Source: a virus. Taken from it: a stretch of DNA of 64,000 nt. The stretch covers positions 89-64,088 of the IMG/VR virus record IMGVR_UViG_2199352030_000012. The stretch is one strand, 5' to 3'. Position 1 is the stretch's first letter; each line of letters opens with the position of its first letter. Below are positions 10,895-20,523 of this stretch, piece after piece. The translations under genes and the position numbers were made by a program. The notes below the pieces were generated by a model. That model was not told the origin of the DNA. It made no database searches and was given only the letters and a program-made list of their open reading frames with translations.

Positions 10895-11020
10895 AAAAAA
10901 AGAACCGTGTGCGTACGGTTCTTAACGACTGTTATTATATATGATATGTTGTTGAGACAGTACCACTATCATCAACTAAGGGGTCAACATATTACCAGTA
11001 TGTTGGCTCTTTTTCTTTAC
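10895..11020 (-). ncRNA. candidate antisense/antitoxin sRNA
   Basis: TG-C-TATTAT (-10 at 11027-11032), then about 125 nt with no RBS-led ORF, ending in terminator AAGAACCGT-ACGCAC-ACGGTTCTT-TTTTT. Confidence 0.5.
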
Positions 11021-11149
11021 AATCCTATAATAGCACAATATGTTCTGCTTTTAAATCATTTTGTCTACTTTTTGCATCTTTTACATGTCATTCTTATACA
11101 TCTGCATACTTTCAAGCGCCTTGCAAAGTCTTGTCATTATTATGTACAC

Positions 11150-11167
11150 TAGGCATTTCTGCCTAGC
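11150..11167 (-). terminator. hairpin after the lysin gene
   Basis: CTAGGCA-TTTC-TGCCTAG inverted repeat. Confidence 0.5.
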
Positions 11168-11175
11168 TTAAATCT

Positions 11176-12495
11176 TTAATAATAGATTCTTTGTCCAATA
11201 TGCAAGAAATTACGATTTGTAATGCCATTCTTTTGAGCAAGATAATTCTGTGAATATCCAGTTAAATATGAAATACCAGATAAAGTATCGCCATTCTGAA
11301 CGACACGATAGCGCCCAACATTAGTCTGTGCTGGCTTATAAGAAACTGTACCCTTCTTAACAATTAATCTCTGACCTGGGTAGATCAAGTTGATATTCGC
11401 AATGCCATTCCAACTTTGTAATTGACCAGTTGTGATTCCATAACGTTGTGCAATCGTGGAGGCAAAGTCACCAGAACGTACTGTATAGTAGGTGTTAGAT
11501 GATTGCTTTGGCGTACTCTTAGCTGGCTTAGTAACAGGCTTAGCGTTATTCTTAATTGTACCTTTGATCTTCAATGTTTGTCCTGGATAAATAACACTGT
11601 TAATTGTTTTGCCATTCAGCTTGGCGAGTGTATACATATCTAAGCCAACTCGGTTAGCGATTCCCCACCAGCTGTCACCAGATACAACCTTGTAAGTCGT
11701 ATTCTTGGCATTCGTTTGATTACTATTGTTAGGCGTTGTTGGTTTAACAGGTGTATTGTTTTTAACATCACCTTTACCCATTAATCCAACTAAATCAACA
11801 CTACCATCGATACCATAGAAGTTAGATCCGAACTGCCACATGGCAATATTATCATGACTTGGGAACCAATTAAAATCTGGAGCAGTTTGTAGGCTCATGG
11901 TCTTATAATTAGCAATCCAAATCGATGTACCAAACTTCTGTCCGTATTCTTTAGTATTGATATAATTATTCAAATAGCTTGATCCAGTGTACAATGCAAA
12001 TTTATAGTTATTTGCTTTAATATAATTACCAAATGTTGCAATAGCATTAGTGTTTGCACTAGAATTACCAGATGCTCCTAATTCATAGTCTAAAGCAATT
12101 AGTGATCCTTGTTTTAGACCGACACGCTTTGCATCATTAACAGCCATTTGAGCTGATAGTTTAGCATCATAACTAGAACCACCAAATTGTCCCCAGAAAT
12201 AACCGCCAACTCTTAATCCAATTTTAGATGCAGCCGCCAATTGTGCAGCAGCCTTTGGGTTTTGGTAGTGATAGCCTTCGCCACCACCATGACCACCCAA
12301 TTTAGCGATAACACCTTTAACACCACGATTCTTATAAGATTGCATATAAGATACAGTAGAATCCTGATAGCTAGATACGTCAATCACTAAATCACGAGTA
12401 TTGGCAGCTTGCACATTATCATTCTGTACTGCACTTGCTCCTAATCCAACACCAAGGGCGATAAGTGCTACCGCCATACTTTTCTTGAATTTCAT
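11176..12495 (-). CDS. endolysin: signal peptide + GH25 muramidase + 3 LysM
   Basis: N-terminal Sec signal; 'IDVSSYQ', 'ALDYE', 'MWQF'; LysM repeats 'YKVVSGDS', 'YTVRSGD' and 'RVVQNGDTLS'. Confidence 0.93.
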   Translation of the reverse strand: MKFKKSMAVALIALGVGLGASAVQNDNVQAANTRDLVIDVSSYQDSTVSYMQSYKNRGVKGVIAKLGGHGGGEGYHYQNPKAAAQLAAASKIGLRVGGYFWGQFGGSSYDAKLSAQMAVNDAKRVGLKQGSLIALDYELGASGNSSANTNAIATFGNYIKANNYKFALYTGSSYLNNYINTKEYGQKFGTSIWIANYKTMSLQTAPDFNWFPSHDNIAMWQFGSNFYGIDGSVDLVGLMGKGDVKNNTPVKPTTPNNSNQTNAKNTTYKVVSGDSWWGIANRVGLDMYTLAKLNGKTINSVIYPGQTLKIKGTIKNNAKPVTKPAKSTPKQSSNTYYTVRSGDFASTIAQRYGITTGQLQSWNGIANINLIYPGQRLIVKKGTVSYKPAQTNVGRYRVVQNGDTLSGISYLTGYSQNYLAQKNGITNRNFLHIGQRIYY

Positions 12496-12543
12496 TTTGT
12501 ACCTCTTCCAAAATATTTACCTCCTTTATTACATCAGTGTACC

Positions 12544-12885
12544 TTACTTATCACCATATACACTATGCAGTTGTTCTTGAGCTTCCATGAATGCCTTTTC
12601 AACAGCGTTACGAATAATTTCTGCATCGGCATTATCAAACCCAAGCGCTGCCAGTCCATTCATTACATACTCAACAGCTTTATTTTGTTTCATTGCACCA
12701 GTTAATTTTTCGTCTAAACCTAATTTCTCCGCCATGACTACAGCATCTTTTGCTAATGGTTCAATAGCTTTAATTAAGTCCAACGCCTTTTGATTACCTG
12801 CAAATTTCTTAGTAATATATCCAAAAACTACAGGAATTGCTAAAGCTGCAATTGCTACAACTAAATCTGTCCAATTTTCCATCAC
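12544..12885 (-). CDS. phage holin, LL-H family
   Basis: N-terminal TM; 'LAKDAVVMAE...IRNAVEKAF'; adjacent to the lysin. Confidence 0.85.
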   Translation of the reverse strand: MMENWTDLVVAIAALAIPVVFGYITKKFAGNQKALDLIKAIEPLAKDAVVMAEKLGLDEKLTGAMKQNKAVEYVMNGLAALGFDNADAEIIRNAVEKAFMEAQEQLHSVYGDK

Positions 12886-12899
12886 GTCATTACCTTCCT

Positions 12900-13607
12900 T
12901 TACTTGACATAAGTTATTTTTAATTTGGGCTTTTTAGACCCACCTTGACTACCATACATATATCCATAATAATTTAGTCCCATTGATTCAATATGAGTAG
13001 TAAAGCCTTTAATCTTGTTATCTCTTAAATTATCCCCAACCCAATTAGGCAGTGTTATCCAACGTCCTTGATCACGAGCAGTATACCATTGAGATTTAAT
13101 ATTATAATGGTTTTCGCTAAATCTAAACTGCCATCCATTTGCATTATGTGTTCCTAGGTGTAATTCTCCGCCAGCATAATACCACCAATGTTTACAGTGT
13201 ACATACAGCTCAACTTTTTTAATTTTTGAACCATTTAATGCACTTCTAATAGCACCATCATTGAAACCAAACATACCACGTTGAATACCTTTATCACCTT
13301 TAATTGCCATATCTGGATTACCGAATCGTCCTTGATATAAGGCATTGCCATTAGTTTCACCACCAACTGGTTTAGCAGTATTATATTTCCAACTAGGTAC
13401 ACCCCAACGATCTGCACCTTTACCCCAATATGATTGAGACCAAGTACAGTCCCATTGACTCACATAAGTTTGTTCAGAAACAGTAACCCAACTACCGTTC
13501 CAAATTCTTACTTTTGCTGGTACCCAACTATGTCCATTCCATATCTTAGCTGCATGTCCAATATTTACCCAACTTTTGCCATTCCATAATTTTATTCCTC
13601 TTGTCAT
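12900..13607 (-). CDS. tail tip / receptor-binding accessory protein
   Basis: WNG repeats, Trp/Gly-rich beta domain, 'KPKLKITY' C-terminus; probable start is the ATG at 13607 after AGGTGA. Confidence 0.65.
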   Translation of the reverse strand: MTRGIKLWNGKSWVNIGHAAKIWNGHSWVPAKVRIWNGSWVTVSEQTYVSQWDCTWSQSYWGKGADRWGVPSWKYNTAKPVGGETNGNALYQGRFGNPDMAIKGDKGIQRGMFGFNDGAIRSALNGSKIKKVELYVHCKHWWYYAGGELHLGTHNANGWQFRFSENHYNIKSQWYTARDQGRWITLPNWVGDNLRDNKIKGFTTHIESMGLNYYGYMYGSQGGSKKPKLKITYVK

Positions 13608-13615
13608 AGTTTCAC

Positions 13616-14962
13616 CTAGAATCCAATCCAAACAGAACCATATGGAGCACTATTAGGTTGTTCATCCTGCAAATAAAACCTACGGCTCTTATTAAAATAT
13701 GGAGCCTCATAGAACGTTACGGAATTGTGTCCTTCATTGTCTCCAACCTTGAGAATCTGGTTATTTCTAAGCCAATCATAGAACACCATAAATTGTTCAT
13801 CTGTTCTTCTAATTATTCCAACACCATTGTCTCCATTGCGTTTAAATCTAATTTGGTTTTCTACTGGGCCATCCATAATTAAACCATTTGTCGTGCCAAA
13901 ATTACCACCTGGAGTAATATAAGTTTGCCAATCATCTTTACCAGAATGCTCAAACAAAATAGCTTTGTCACTTGCTCGTGTACGAATACCACCAATTTGT
14001 TTGCCATTGCTATTAACCCATTTTACAGATTGGTCTGCATTCATTGTTATCTCATTAGAGATTATGACATCGCCATTGAATATGTTATTCTGATCACGTC
14101 TAGCATATCGATCGCCCTCGACACCATCTAATTTATCTGCATCAATACCAGATCCTTGTCCAGCATTTGCATCAGTATAAACTTGATGTCCATTCACATA
14201 TAATTTACCCTTGGTTTGCATTTTGATATTATTATAACCATTATCACCAATAATCAATTCATCATTCTTGCTTGCATATGCGGTATTAAGATTAATACCT
14301 TTGGAGTTTTCCATATATAGTGATTTATAATTTGGTAAGATTAAATTATTGGACATTTTATTCTTACCATCTGACCTTAAATAACGATCATCGTGATTAT
14401 GCGAGTTAAATTTAGATGTTAAATCATTAATTGAACTAGTATTAGCAATAGCTTTACTATTAACTTCATTAATTGAATCAGTTAAGCTATTCTTATTATC
14501 AGTATTTAATTTGTTTAAAGCACCTAATGAGTCATTAATATCTGAAATGGTTTGCTTTAATTCAACCCCACCAGAAGCCCATGCGCTCTGTTTTGTCCCA
14601 GCAACTGTGCATTCTGTAATATTCCCCTTGTTATCTATCAAACGATAGAACACCATATCTGGAGAATTAGGACTACCAATTGCAGTTACTTGTAATAGCA
14701 CTGGTTTACTCGTATCAACTGAACCAGGAACATTCTTGATTCCTGTTATTGTATATAACCCAGTGACTTTAATAGTCTTAAAGTCTACACCGCTTAATGC
14801 TTTACCACGTACATATAAATCTCTTAATGTACCCAAATCTTTTTTGTCGTCGTCAAAAATATGGACAACTTTATCGTTTGTAGAGAAATGTGCAATATCA
14901 CCACTAGCACCATTGATATGATAATCTGTGCTATGAATTGTACCTGCCATTTTCCACATCAC
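13616..14962 (-). CDS. tail fiber-like protein
   Basis: 'HNHDDRY' and 'GSGIDADKLDG' tail-fiber motifs. Confidence 0.75.
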   Translation of the reverse strand: MMWKMAGTIHSTDYHINGASGDIAHFSTNDKVVHIFDDDKKDLGTLRDLYVRGKALSGVDFKTIKVTGLYTITGIKNVPGSVDTSKPVLLQVTAIGSPNSPDMVFYRLIDNKGNITECTVAGTKQSAWASGGVELKQTISDINDSLGALNKLNTDNKNSLTDSINEVNSKAIANTSSINDLTSKFNSHNHDDRYLRSDGKNKMSNNLILPNYKSLYMENSKGINLNTAYASKNDELIIGDNGYNNIKMQTKGKLYVNGHQVYTDANAGQGSGIDADKLDGVEGDRYARRDQNNIFNGDVIISNEITMNADQSVKWVNSNGKQIGGIRTRASDKAILFEHSGKDDWQTYITPGGNFGTTNGLIMDGPVENQIRFKRNGDNGVGIIRRTDEQFMVFYDWLRNNQILKVGDNEGHNSVTFYEAPYFNKSRRFYLQDEQPNSAPYGSVWIGF

Positions 14963-14963
14963 C

Positions 14964-15356
14964 TCATTCTATTTTAATATGTTCATCAGATAGCTTGTCT
15001 GTCTCACTATCTTCAAATTTAGTAACACCACTGATATAATGATCTTTTTCAGTATCTTCTATTACAAGTGAATTATCTCTTGTACTCCCACTAGAACCAA
15101 TAACAACCAATTCAGAACCATCACCTTTTGTATCTTGTAATATAACTATATCGTCTTTCGATACCCAATCATGCAAATGTTCGGGAAGAATTGTATTTTT
15201 TTCGGTACCATAAACTTTAACGATACAATCATAGCCATTAGGATCTTGTACAACGGTTCCAACTACTGTTTTAGGGACATTAATACTCTTGACACGTCCA
15301 TCTATCAATGCATTAATACCATTAATTAAATCTTGTTGTGACTGTTCAGCCATCAA
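14964..15356 (-). CDS. tail/baseplate-associated protein
   Basis: 130 aa ORF with RBS inside the tail module. Confidence 0.6.
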   Translation of the reverse strand: MMAEQSQQDLINGINALIDGRVKSINVPKTVVGTVVQDPNGYDCIVKVYGTEKNTILPEHLHDWVSKDDIVILQDTKGDGSELVVIGSSGSTRDNSLVIEDTEKDHYISGVTKFEDSETDKLSDEHIKIE

Positions 15357-15366
15357 TAGTCACCTC

Positions 15367-16095
15367 TTAATCTAATAATTGTAAAAAGTGAGTTGACGAA
15401 TGAAGTGTTGTTGGCATTGTCGTGCCCACCATTAATGGGTTATATGGAAACCAATAATCACTTGTTGTTGCTAAATCTGGTTTTTGTCCTGTGTTATCCT
15501 TCTGACAGATAAATACCATGTCAGTAGGCTGCCAATCATCACCAAGGCGAATTGTAACAGCGTCACCGATCTTATAAGCTATAGAACCATCCCAATATCC
15601 TTTAAATATTGCATTAAGTCCAATATCGCCCTTTTCACCTTTCCATGCACATTGACGATAATGATCTAGATCTTTGTCGGGTGTATGAGAACTATCAGCA
15701 GTTACATCTTTGATAACTAACCATAGGTTTCCTTCATATCCAATTAGATTTTGACGTTTATACTTACCTGTTGAACTCCAAACACCAACATAACTAAAAT
15801 CATTAACATATGTGTCCCATTCTTTTTGTTTATCAAGAATATAACCACGTACATTTTCATCAAAGAATGTTTCAAGTGCGACCATACAATCAGTTAATTT
15901 ATTCCATACTTCTGGTGAAATAATATAATCTTGAAGCTCAGCAGTTAATGCCTTAACTCTATTTTGCTCATTATTATCCAGAACTGATTTCATTTTTAGA
16001 GTTGTCAGTTCATTCGCAGCATTTACTTTATCTGCTGGAAGATCGAATAATTCTTGAAATGAGTCAACTTTTTCTGGAAATTCAGATCTTGACAT
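15367..16095 (-). CDS. baseplate/tail structural protein
   Basis: 'SEFPEKVDSF' N-terminus; 'W-S-T-KYK' and 'WDGSIAYKIGDAV' CBM-like repeats. Confidence 0.65.
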   Translation of the reverse strand: MSRSEFPEKVDSFQELFDLPADKVNAANELTTLKMKSVLDNNEQNRVKALTAELQDYIISPEVWNKLTDCMVALETFFDENVRGYILDKQKEWDTYVNDFSYVGVWSSTGKYKRQNLIGYEGNLWLVIKDVTADSSHTPDKDLDHYRQCAWKGEKGDIGLNAIFKGYWDGSIAYKIGDAVTIRLGDDWQPTDMVFICQKDNTGQKPDLATTSDYWFPYNPLMVGTTMPTTLHSSTHFLQLLD

Positions 16096-16148
16096 TTATT
16101 TCCCTCTCTTTCAAATTACCTTATTATTCTATCATAAATTTAGTTTAT

Positions 16149-16162
16149 TGTAAACGCTTACA
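16149..16162. promoter_or_regulatory. cre-like (CcpA/LacI-type) palindrome overlapping a -35 box
   Basis: TGTAAACGCTTACA; minus-strand promoter TTTACA-17-TAGAAT. Confidence 0.55.
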
Positions 16163-16180
16163 ACATAGATATGACAACGA

Positions 16181-18298
16181 TTATTCATCATATTGAAGCT
16201 TGAATCCAATACTGTCAGTAGTAGCTTTTTCGTTATTAAATACATCCTCGGCATTTAATGCACGATTTTCAATATTCATCATTGAGCTTCCACCTATCGA
16301 ACCAGTGTCAACGTTAGTAATGTCTTCTAAATCATTCCACAATGTCATACTGTTTACTTGGTCAAGCAATTTAGTATTCATTTCATCATTACTATTTGCT
16401 AATGGCATAGCTTTGAAGAGGAAGTTCAAATTAACATTTGACTGATCTTTTAATCTCATGAACACTTTTTGAAACTCTTCTTTGCTACCCGATAGATAAT
16501 ACATGCCAGAACACAACAGATAAGCTGCCACATAATCTTCTGACGTACTCGTCCACTTTCCGTCTAACAAGTCCTTGCATTTATCCATCAAATGCTTTTT
16601 CTTTGCAGTAGCATTGGCAAATCCAGTCAAAGAACGATATCTTTCTTTAGCTCCATGAGTTAATTCTGCCATGCCTTCTTTAAACCATGTGGGCATAATT
16701 GCTGTTTCTGTTACGCCATAATAATCATTCATAACAGCATGAGTCATTTCGTGTGCTAAGACTCTATCGGCATAATCACCGCTGGAACGACCCGTGTCAC
16801 CTGACTCGCTTTGAAAATTTAATGATTCAAAATCAGATATATCCAATTCAAGGGTCTGTGTTTTAGTCGTATAGTATCCTTGAACAGCAGCTTGCTCTCC
16901 ACCAGCACCATTAGACACAAATCTAATCATAATGATGTTATTACCACTACCAGATATTCCATAGCAGTCTTTAATGCGTTGTTCACCAAGGCTCAACCAT
17001 CCTAATTGTTGAATGCCCTTTTTAAGTGCAGTAACAACTGGAATATCTGCTGTTCCGTAGTCTAGTCCAACATAGTATAGTTTATGAGCAGTAATACTCA
17101 TTTCACCCTCAACACCGAGATTTAAACTAATACTATCAATGCTATAACGATACTTCTCTTTAGTAGTCGGGTTGGTAATTGTGATAATATCATTCGCATC
17201 TAATACATAAATTGGAATAGAAGTAATCGTTGCCTTCTCTTGGAAGTGTGCTGTTTGCCATATTTCATAACGAGCTTTTGCAATACATTGAATATCATTA
17301 GTTAGATTAGAGTCTGTATCAACTTTTGTACGTTGTCCTACAGCGTCAATATTAAACGGGTTTTTTGCATCAACAATCTTTACTTCACCCATTGGAGTAT
17401 AGCCAGTTTTAGTTGATGTTGAGCCATAAATAATAACACGGTTTTTGATGTCTCTAAGATTGTAACTTTCACTAAATGAAATTGTTAAGTCGGCACGGTC
17501 TGATTGTGTTGAATCAAAGTCCCATCTTGGTTCAATTTGATCAGTTTCTTTTTGAATTTCAATACGTTTAAATTCAAATTCACCTTTAATGTTATATCCA
17601 CAAATGTAATCCATATAATAATCACGTAGTTCTTTGATTATATCAATAATATTAGTGCCAATTTCCTTAGTATAATCATACGTCATTACTTCATCTTCTT
17701 GGGACTCATCTATCTGACCAAATGAAGTTTCACCAACTAATTCCATCATCATTCTAATCGCTACACTAATTGGAGTACCAGTAGGAATAACAAGTTGATG
17801 TTCAAGCGTTGAATTGGCACCATCGCTGTCATATTGAGTCATTTTGTCACTCAACTTGATCTGGATAGAACTATTATCTGCTGCAACACTTAACGTAGTT
17901 TCGTCAACCAAAAACGTTCCTAGTAAAAAGTTAACTGGCTCTTGACTTGGACTGCTTAAATCAACTATTCCTTGATATAACTTGAAATATTTTCCATACC
18001 ATACCACACTATTTTTATCTGGCATTAAATCTGGATCAACTACCATAGTTAAATCACCAGTGCGTCTAATCAATGAATCAGCACTTACTGCAATAGATCC
18101 ACCAGTTGCTTTACCAGAAATAGTTTGTAAGATATTGCCATTTTCATCTTCAACCTGAATAGTAGTAATAATATTCCTAATGGGTTGTGTATGAACTGAT
18201 TTGGCTTGTTGGCTTATCTCCCCACCAATATTATCAACGATGTTGGGTAATGTTTTATTATTTTCTTGTAGATTATAATTAATCATATCTGTTGCCAA
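16181..18298 (-). CDS. baseplate hub/tail protein with C-terminal gluzincin (flagellinolysin-like) metalloprotease domain
   Basis: N-terminal hub-like domain; C-terminal 'DRVLAHEMTHAVM...PTWFKEGMAELTHG...YVAAYL...DTGSIGG'. Confidence 0.8.
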   Translation of the reverse strand: MATDMINYNLQENNKTLPNIVDNIGGEISQQAKSVHTQPIRNIITTIQVEDENGNILQTISGKATGGSIAVSADSLIRRTGDLTMVVDPDLMPDKNSVVWYGKYFKLYQGIVDLSSPSQEPVNFLLGTFLVDETTLSVAADNSSIQIKLSDKMTQYDSDGANSTLEHQLVIPTGTPISVAIRMMMELVGETSFGQIDESQEDEVMTYDYTKEIGTNIIDIIKELRDYYMDYICGYNIKGEFEFKRIEIQKETDQIEPRWDFDSTQSDRADLTISFSESYNLRDIKNRVIIYGSTSTKTGYTPMGEVKIVDAKNPFNIDAVGQRTKVDTDSNLTNDIQCIAKARYEIWQTAHFQEKATITSIPIYVLDANDIITITNPTTKEKYRYSIDSISLNLGVEGEMSITAHKLYYVGLDYGTADIPVVTALKKGIQQLGWLSLGEQRIKDCYGISGSGNNIIMIRFVSNGAGGEQAAVQGYYTTKTQTLELDISDFESLNFQSESGDTGRSSGDYADRVLAHEMTHAVMNDYYGVTETAIMPTWFKEGMAELTHGAKERYRSLTGFANATAKKKHLMDKCKDLLDGKWTSTSEDYVAAYLLCSGMYYLSGSKEEFQKVFMRLKDQSNVNLNFLFKAMPLANSNDEMNTKLLDQVNSMTLWNDLEDITNVDTGSIGGSSMMNIENRALNAEDVFNNEKATTDSIGFKLQYDE

Positions 18299-18314
18299 TT
18301 AAACATCACCTTCT

Positions 18315-19334
18315 CTATTTACTCTTTTGTCCAAAACTTGTTTCACTTTCACGTCTTGAATCAGGGTCTACTGGTTCATTGTCCCAATACGTATCACCAA
18401 AATCATCAAACGTGTAAATGGATTTACCAGCTCCACCAATTAAACCAGCCTTGTCCATAGTTTCAAAGTCCATCTCACCTATTTCAGTAATATCAAATGA
18501 AACATTTGATATACTATCCAGTGTTTCGGACTTAGGTGTAACTTTGATATTGGTTGTAGTAACTACCAAGACATCTCCATCGTCACGTCTGATTACTTTT
18601 GCTTTACCATTGTTCAAGAAATTAATGATTTCTTGTCTGTTCATAAGTTCAGCGTGTGGATCAATTTCAGTAGCCACACCATCTCGTTGTTCGTTTGTAA
18701 TTGGTAGGAACTCAACATTACCTGTGCGATAATTCTGATCACCGAATGAAACTACTGGGAATTTACCATTCAAGGGAACCATTGTCGATGTATTCCTATT
18801 ATATGTTAAATCACCAAATTTAAAGTCTAAGTCCATTGGATAGTTTGTATCTGCATCACTTACAAAAGTTCCATCGAACTTAACTGTAATAGGTTGACTA
18901 ATAGCAAGATTCCCCTGCACATCATCAGCCAATGGCAACACTCCATATTCATAAGTTTTACCATTCTCAACAAATCTATCAATCACTGTATACATGTTAT
19001 ATGTTTCTTCATAATCAAATTGGGAAATCAATAACCATTCTGAATTCTGTGTTTGATATTCACGTCGATACATTTGAATCTTTGTGACTTTGTGCCCACT
19101 GCCATCAATTGATCCAGCTTCTAGAGAATCATTAAATTTGGCATCCATAATTGTCTTAATTTCCCAACCATCTGGTCGTTCATTGGTTTTATCTATTTCC
19201 GTATTGACACTAGTAAAGAGTTCATCATACATACCATCACTCAATGTGACCTCATCTATTTCACTGGTTGGAATTGCTGTATCGTAAACATTTCCATCCA
19301 TATCTTTACCAAAATATGTGTATCCAACTATCAC
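18315..19334 (-). CDS. tail/baseplate protein
   Basis: Position after the TMP; FN3-like 'YEYGVLP'; 'LNNGKAKVIR'. Confidence 0.7.
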   Translation of the reverse strand: MIVGYTYFGKDMDGNVYDTAIPTSEIDEVTLSDGMYDELFTSVNTEIDKTNERPDGWEIKTIMDAKFNDSLEAGSIDGSGHKVTKIQMYRREYQTQNSEWLLISQFDYEETYNMYTVIDRFVENGKTYEYGVLPLADDVQGNLAISQPITVKFDGTFVSDADTNYPMDLDFKFGDLTYNRNTSTMVPLNGKFPVVSFGDQNYRTGNVEFLPITNEQRDGVATEIDPHAELMNRQEIINFLNNGKAKVIRRDDGDVLVVTTTNIKVTPKSETLDSISNVSFDITEIGEMDFETMDKAGLIGGAGKSIYTFDDFGDTYWDNEPVDPDSRRESETSFGQKSK

Positions 19335-20443
19335 TCATTAACACCTCCACTATCAGGACTACCATCTGGATCAAGTTCAAGATAGCATTGAATTCTAAAT
19401 TCTTTTACATAAACATACATATAAAAGTCTTGTAATCCTAGCCCCTTAATTGTATTAGATTTTGTTCTTGATTGAATACCAGTGTATTCTTTTTCAATAG
19501 TTACGTAATCATCGTGCTTTACAAATTCAATATGAATTCCCTTTCCCATTGAAGGCGACCAATCTAACATTATTCCATTATGAACATTTCTACACCAAAC
19601 TTTAAATATGAAATCACTAGCTTTGGCCATACCTAATTTCTTAAAAATCAATGGGTTATCTTTGGGAATAATAACTGAATCATGTTTCCAATAAAGGTAG
19701 TGATCATCAGCATCTGTTGGTCTATTTGGAATAAACGGTTTTGCTGGGGTGCCTAATAATTGCTTCAAGAAGGCTTCAATGGTTATTTGTCCTTCTTCAC
19801 CAGTATTCATCGGTTGAATAATGCCATTGAACGTTGGAATAATAAATTGTGGAACAAATTGATGTTCAGCTTGGAACACTATCCCATTTTGTGTAATTAT
19901 CTTAATACCTAGATAATACAACTTGCCTTTTGTCAAATTAGCAACAACTTCCTCAAATTGTGTCGGCGCAAGTTGATTTGGTATTCTAACTGGGAAATTT
20001 TGAACAATTACGTGTCTTTGATCATAAAGCAAAAATTGATATGAGGTCACTTTCTCATTCTGTTTCTGACTGTAAATGACCTGCATTTCCACTGCGTTAT
20101 TGTAAACGTAGTTCTTTTTGTCAATTGTGCTAAAAATCACTGTAGGAGTGTCTAAACACATGAATTTAAGCTCTGGACTCCAGTCGGTGTAATTATCGGC
20201 ATCGAGTTTTACCCTAATTTTAGCTAGATACGAGCTTCCGTTTTTTAGAGTATTGGCTGGTAAAATGTGGTTTTTATCAACGTTAGAAATTTCCTTTTCG
20301 TAAATCGGTTGTGAGTTTTTCACATCTTCACGAATAGATAATTGGTTCACAGTTGCAGCTTCTGCACCTAAATATGTGAAACTAAATTTCTTCTCATTCA
20401 CAGCATCAAAAGTTGATACTAAATTTAGTAATGGTTGAACCAT
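19331..20443 (-). CDS. tail protein with Ig/FN3-like domains
   Basis: Directly downstream of the TMP; 'LKNGSSYLAKIRV...WS' FN3 pattern. Confidence 0.7.
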   Translation of the reverse strand: MVQPLLNLVSTFDAVNEKKFSFTYLGAEAATVNQLSIREDVKNSQPIYEKEISNVDKNHILPANTLKNGSSYLAKIRVKLDADNYTDWSPELKFMCLDTPTVIFSTIDKKNYVYNNAVEMQVIYSQKQNEKVTSYQFLLYDQRHVIVQNFPVRIPNQLAPTQFEEVVANLTKGKLYYLGIKIITQNGIVFQAEHQFVPQFIIPTFNGIIQPMNTGEEGQITIEAFLKQLLGTPAKPFIPNRPTDADDHYLYWKHDSVIIPKDNPLIFKKLGMAKASDFIFKVWCRNVHNGIMLDWSPSMGKGIHIEFVKHDDYVTIEKEYTGIQSRTKSNTIKGLGLQDFYMYVYVKEFRIQCYLELDPDGSPDSGGVNE

Positions 20444-20523
20444 CCTGTGTAACCCCTTTCATTATTATTCATACTAATAATTCTTAATATGTACGCACAG
20501 AGATATAATCTCTGTGTTTGTTA

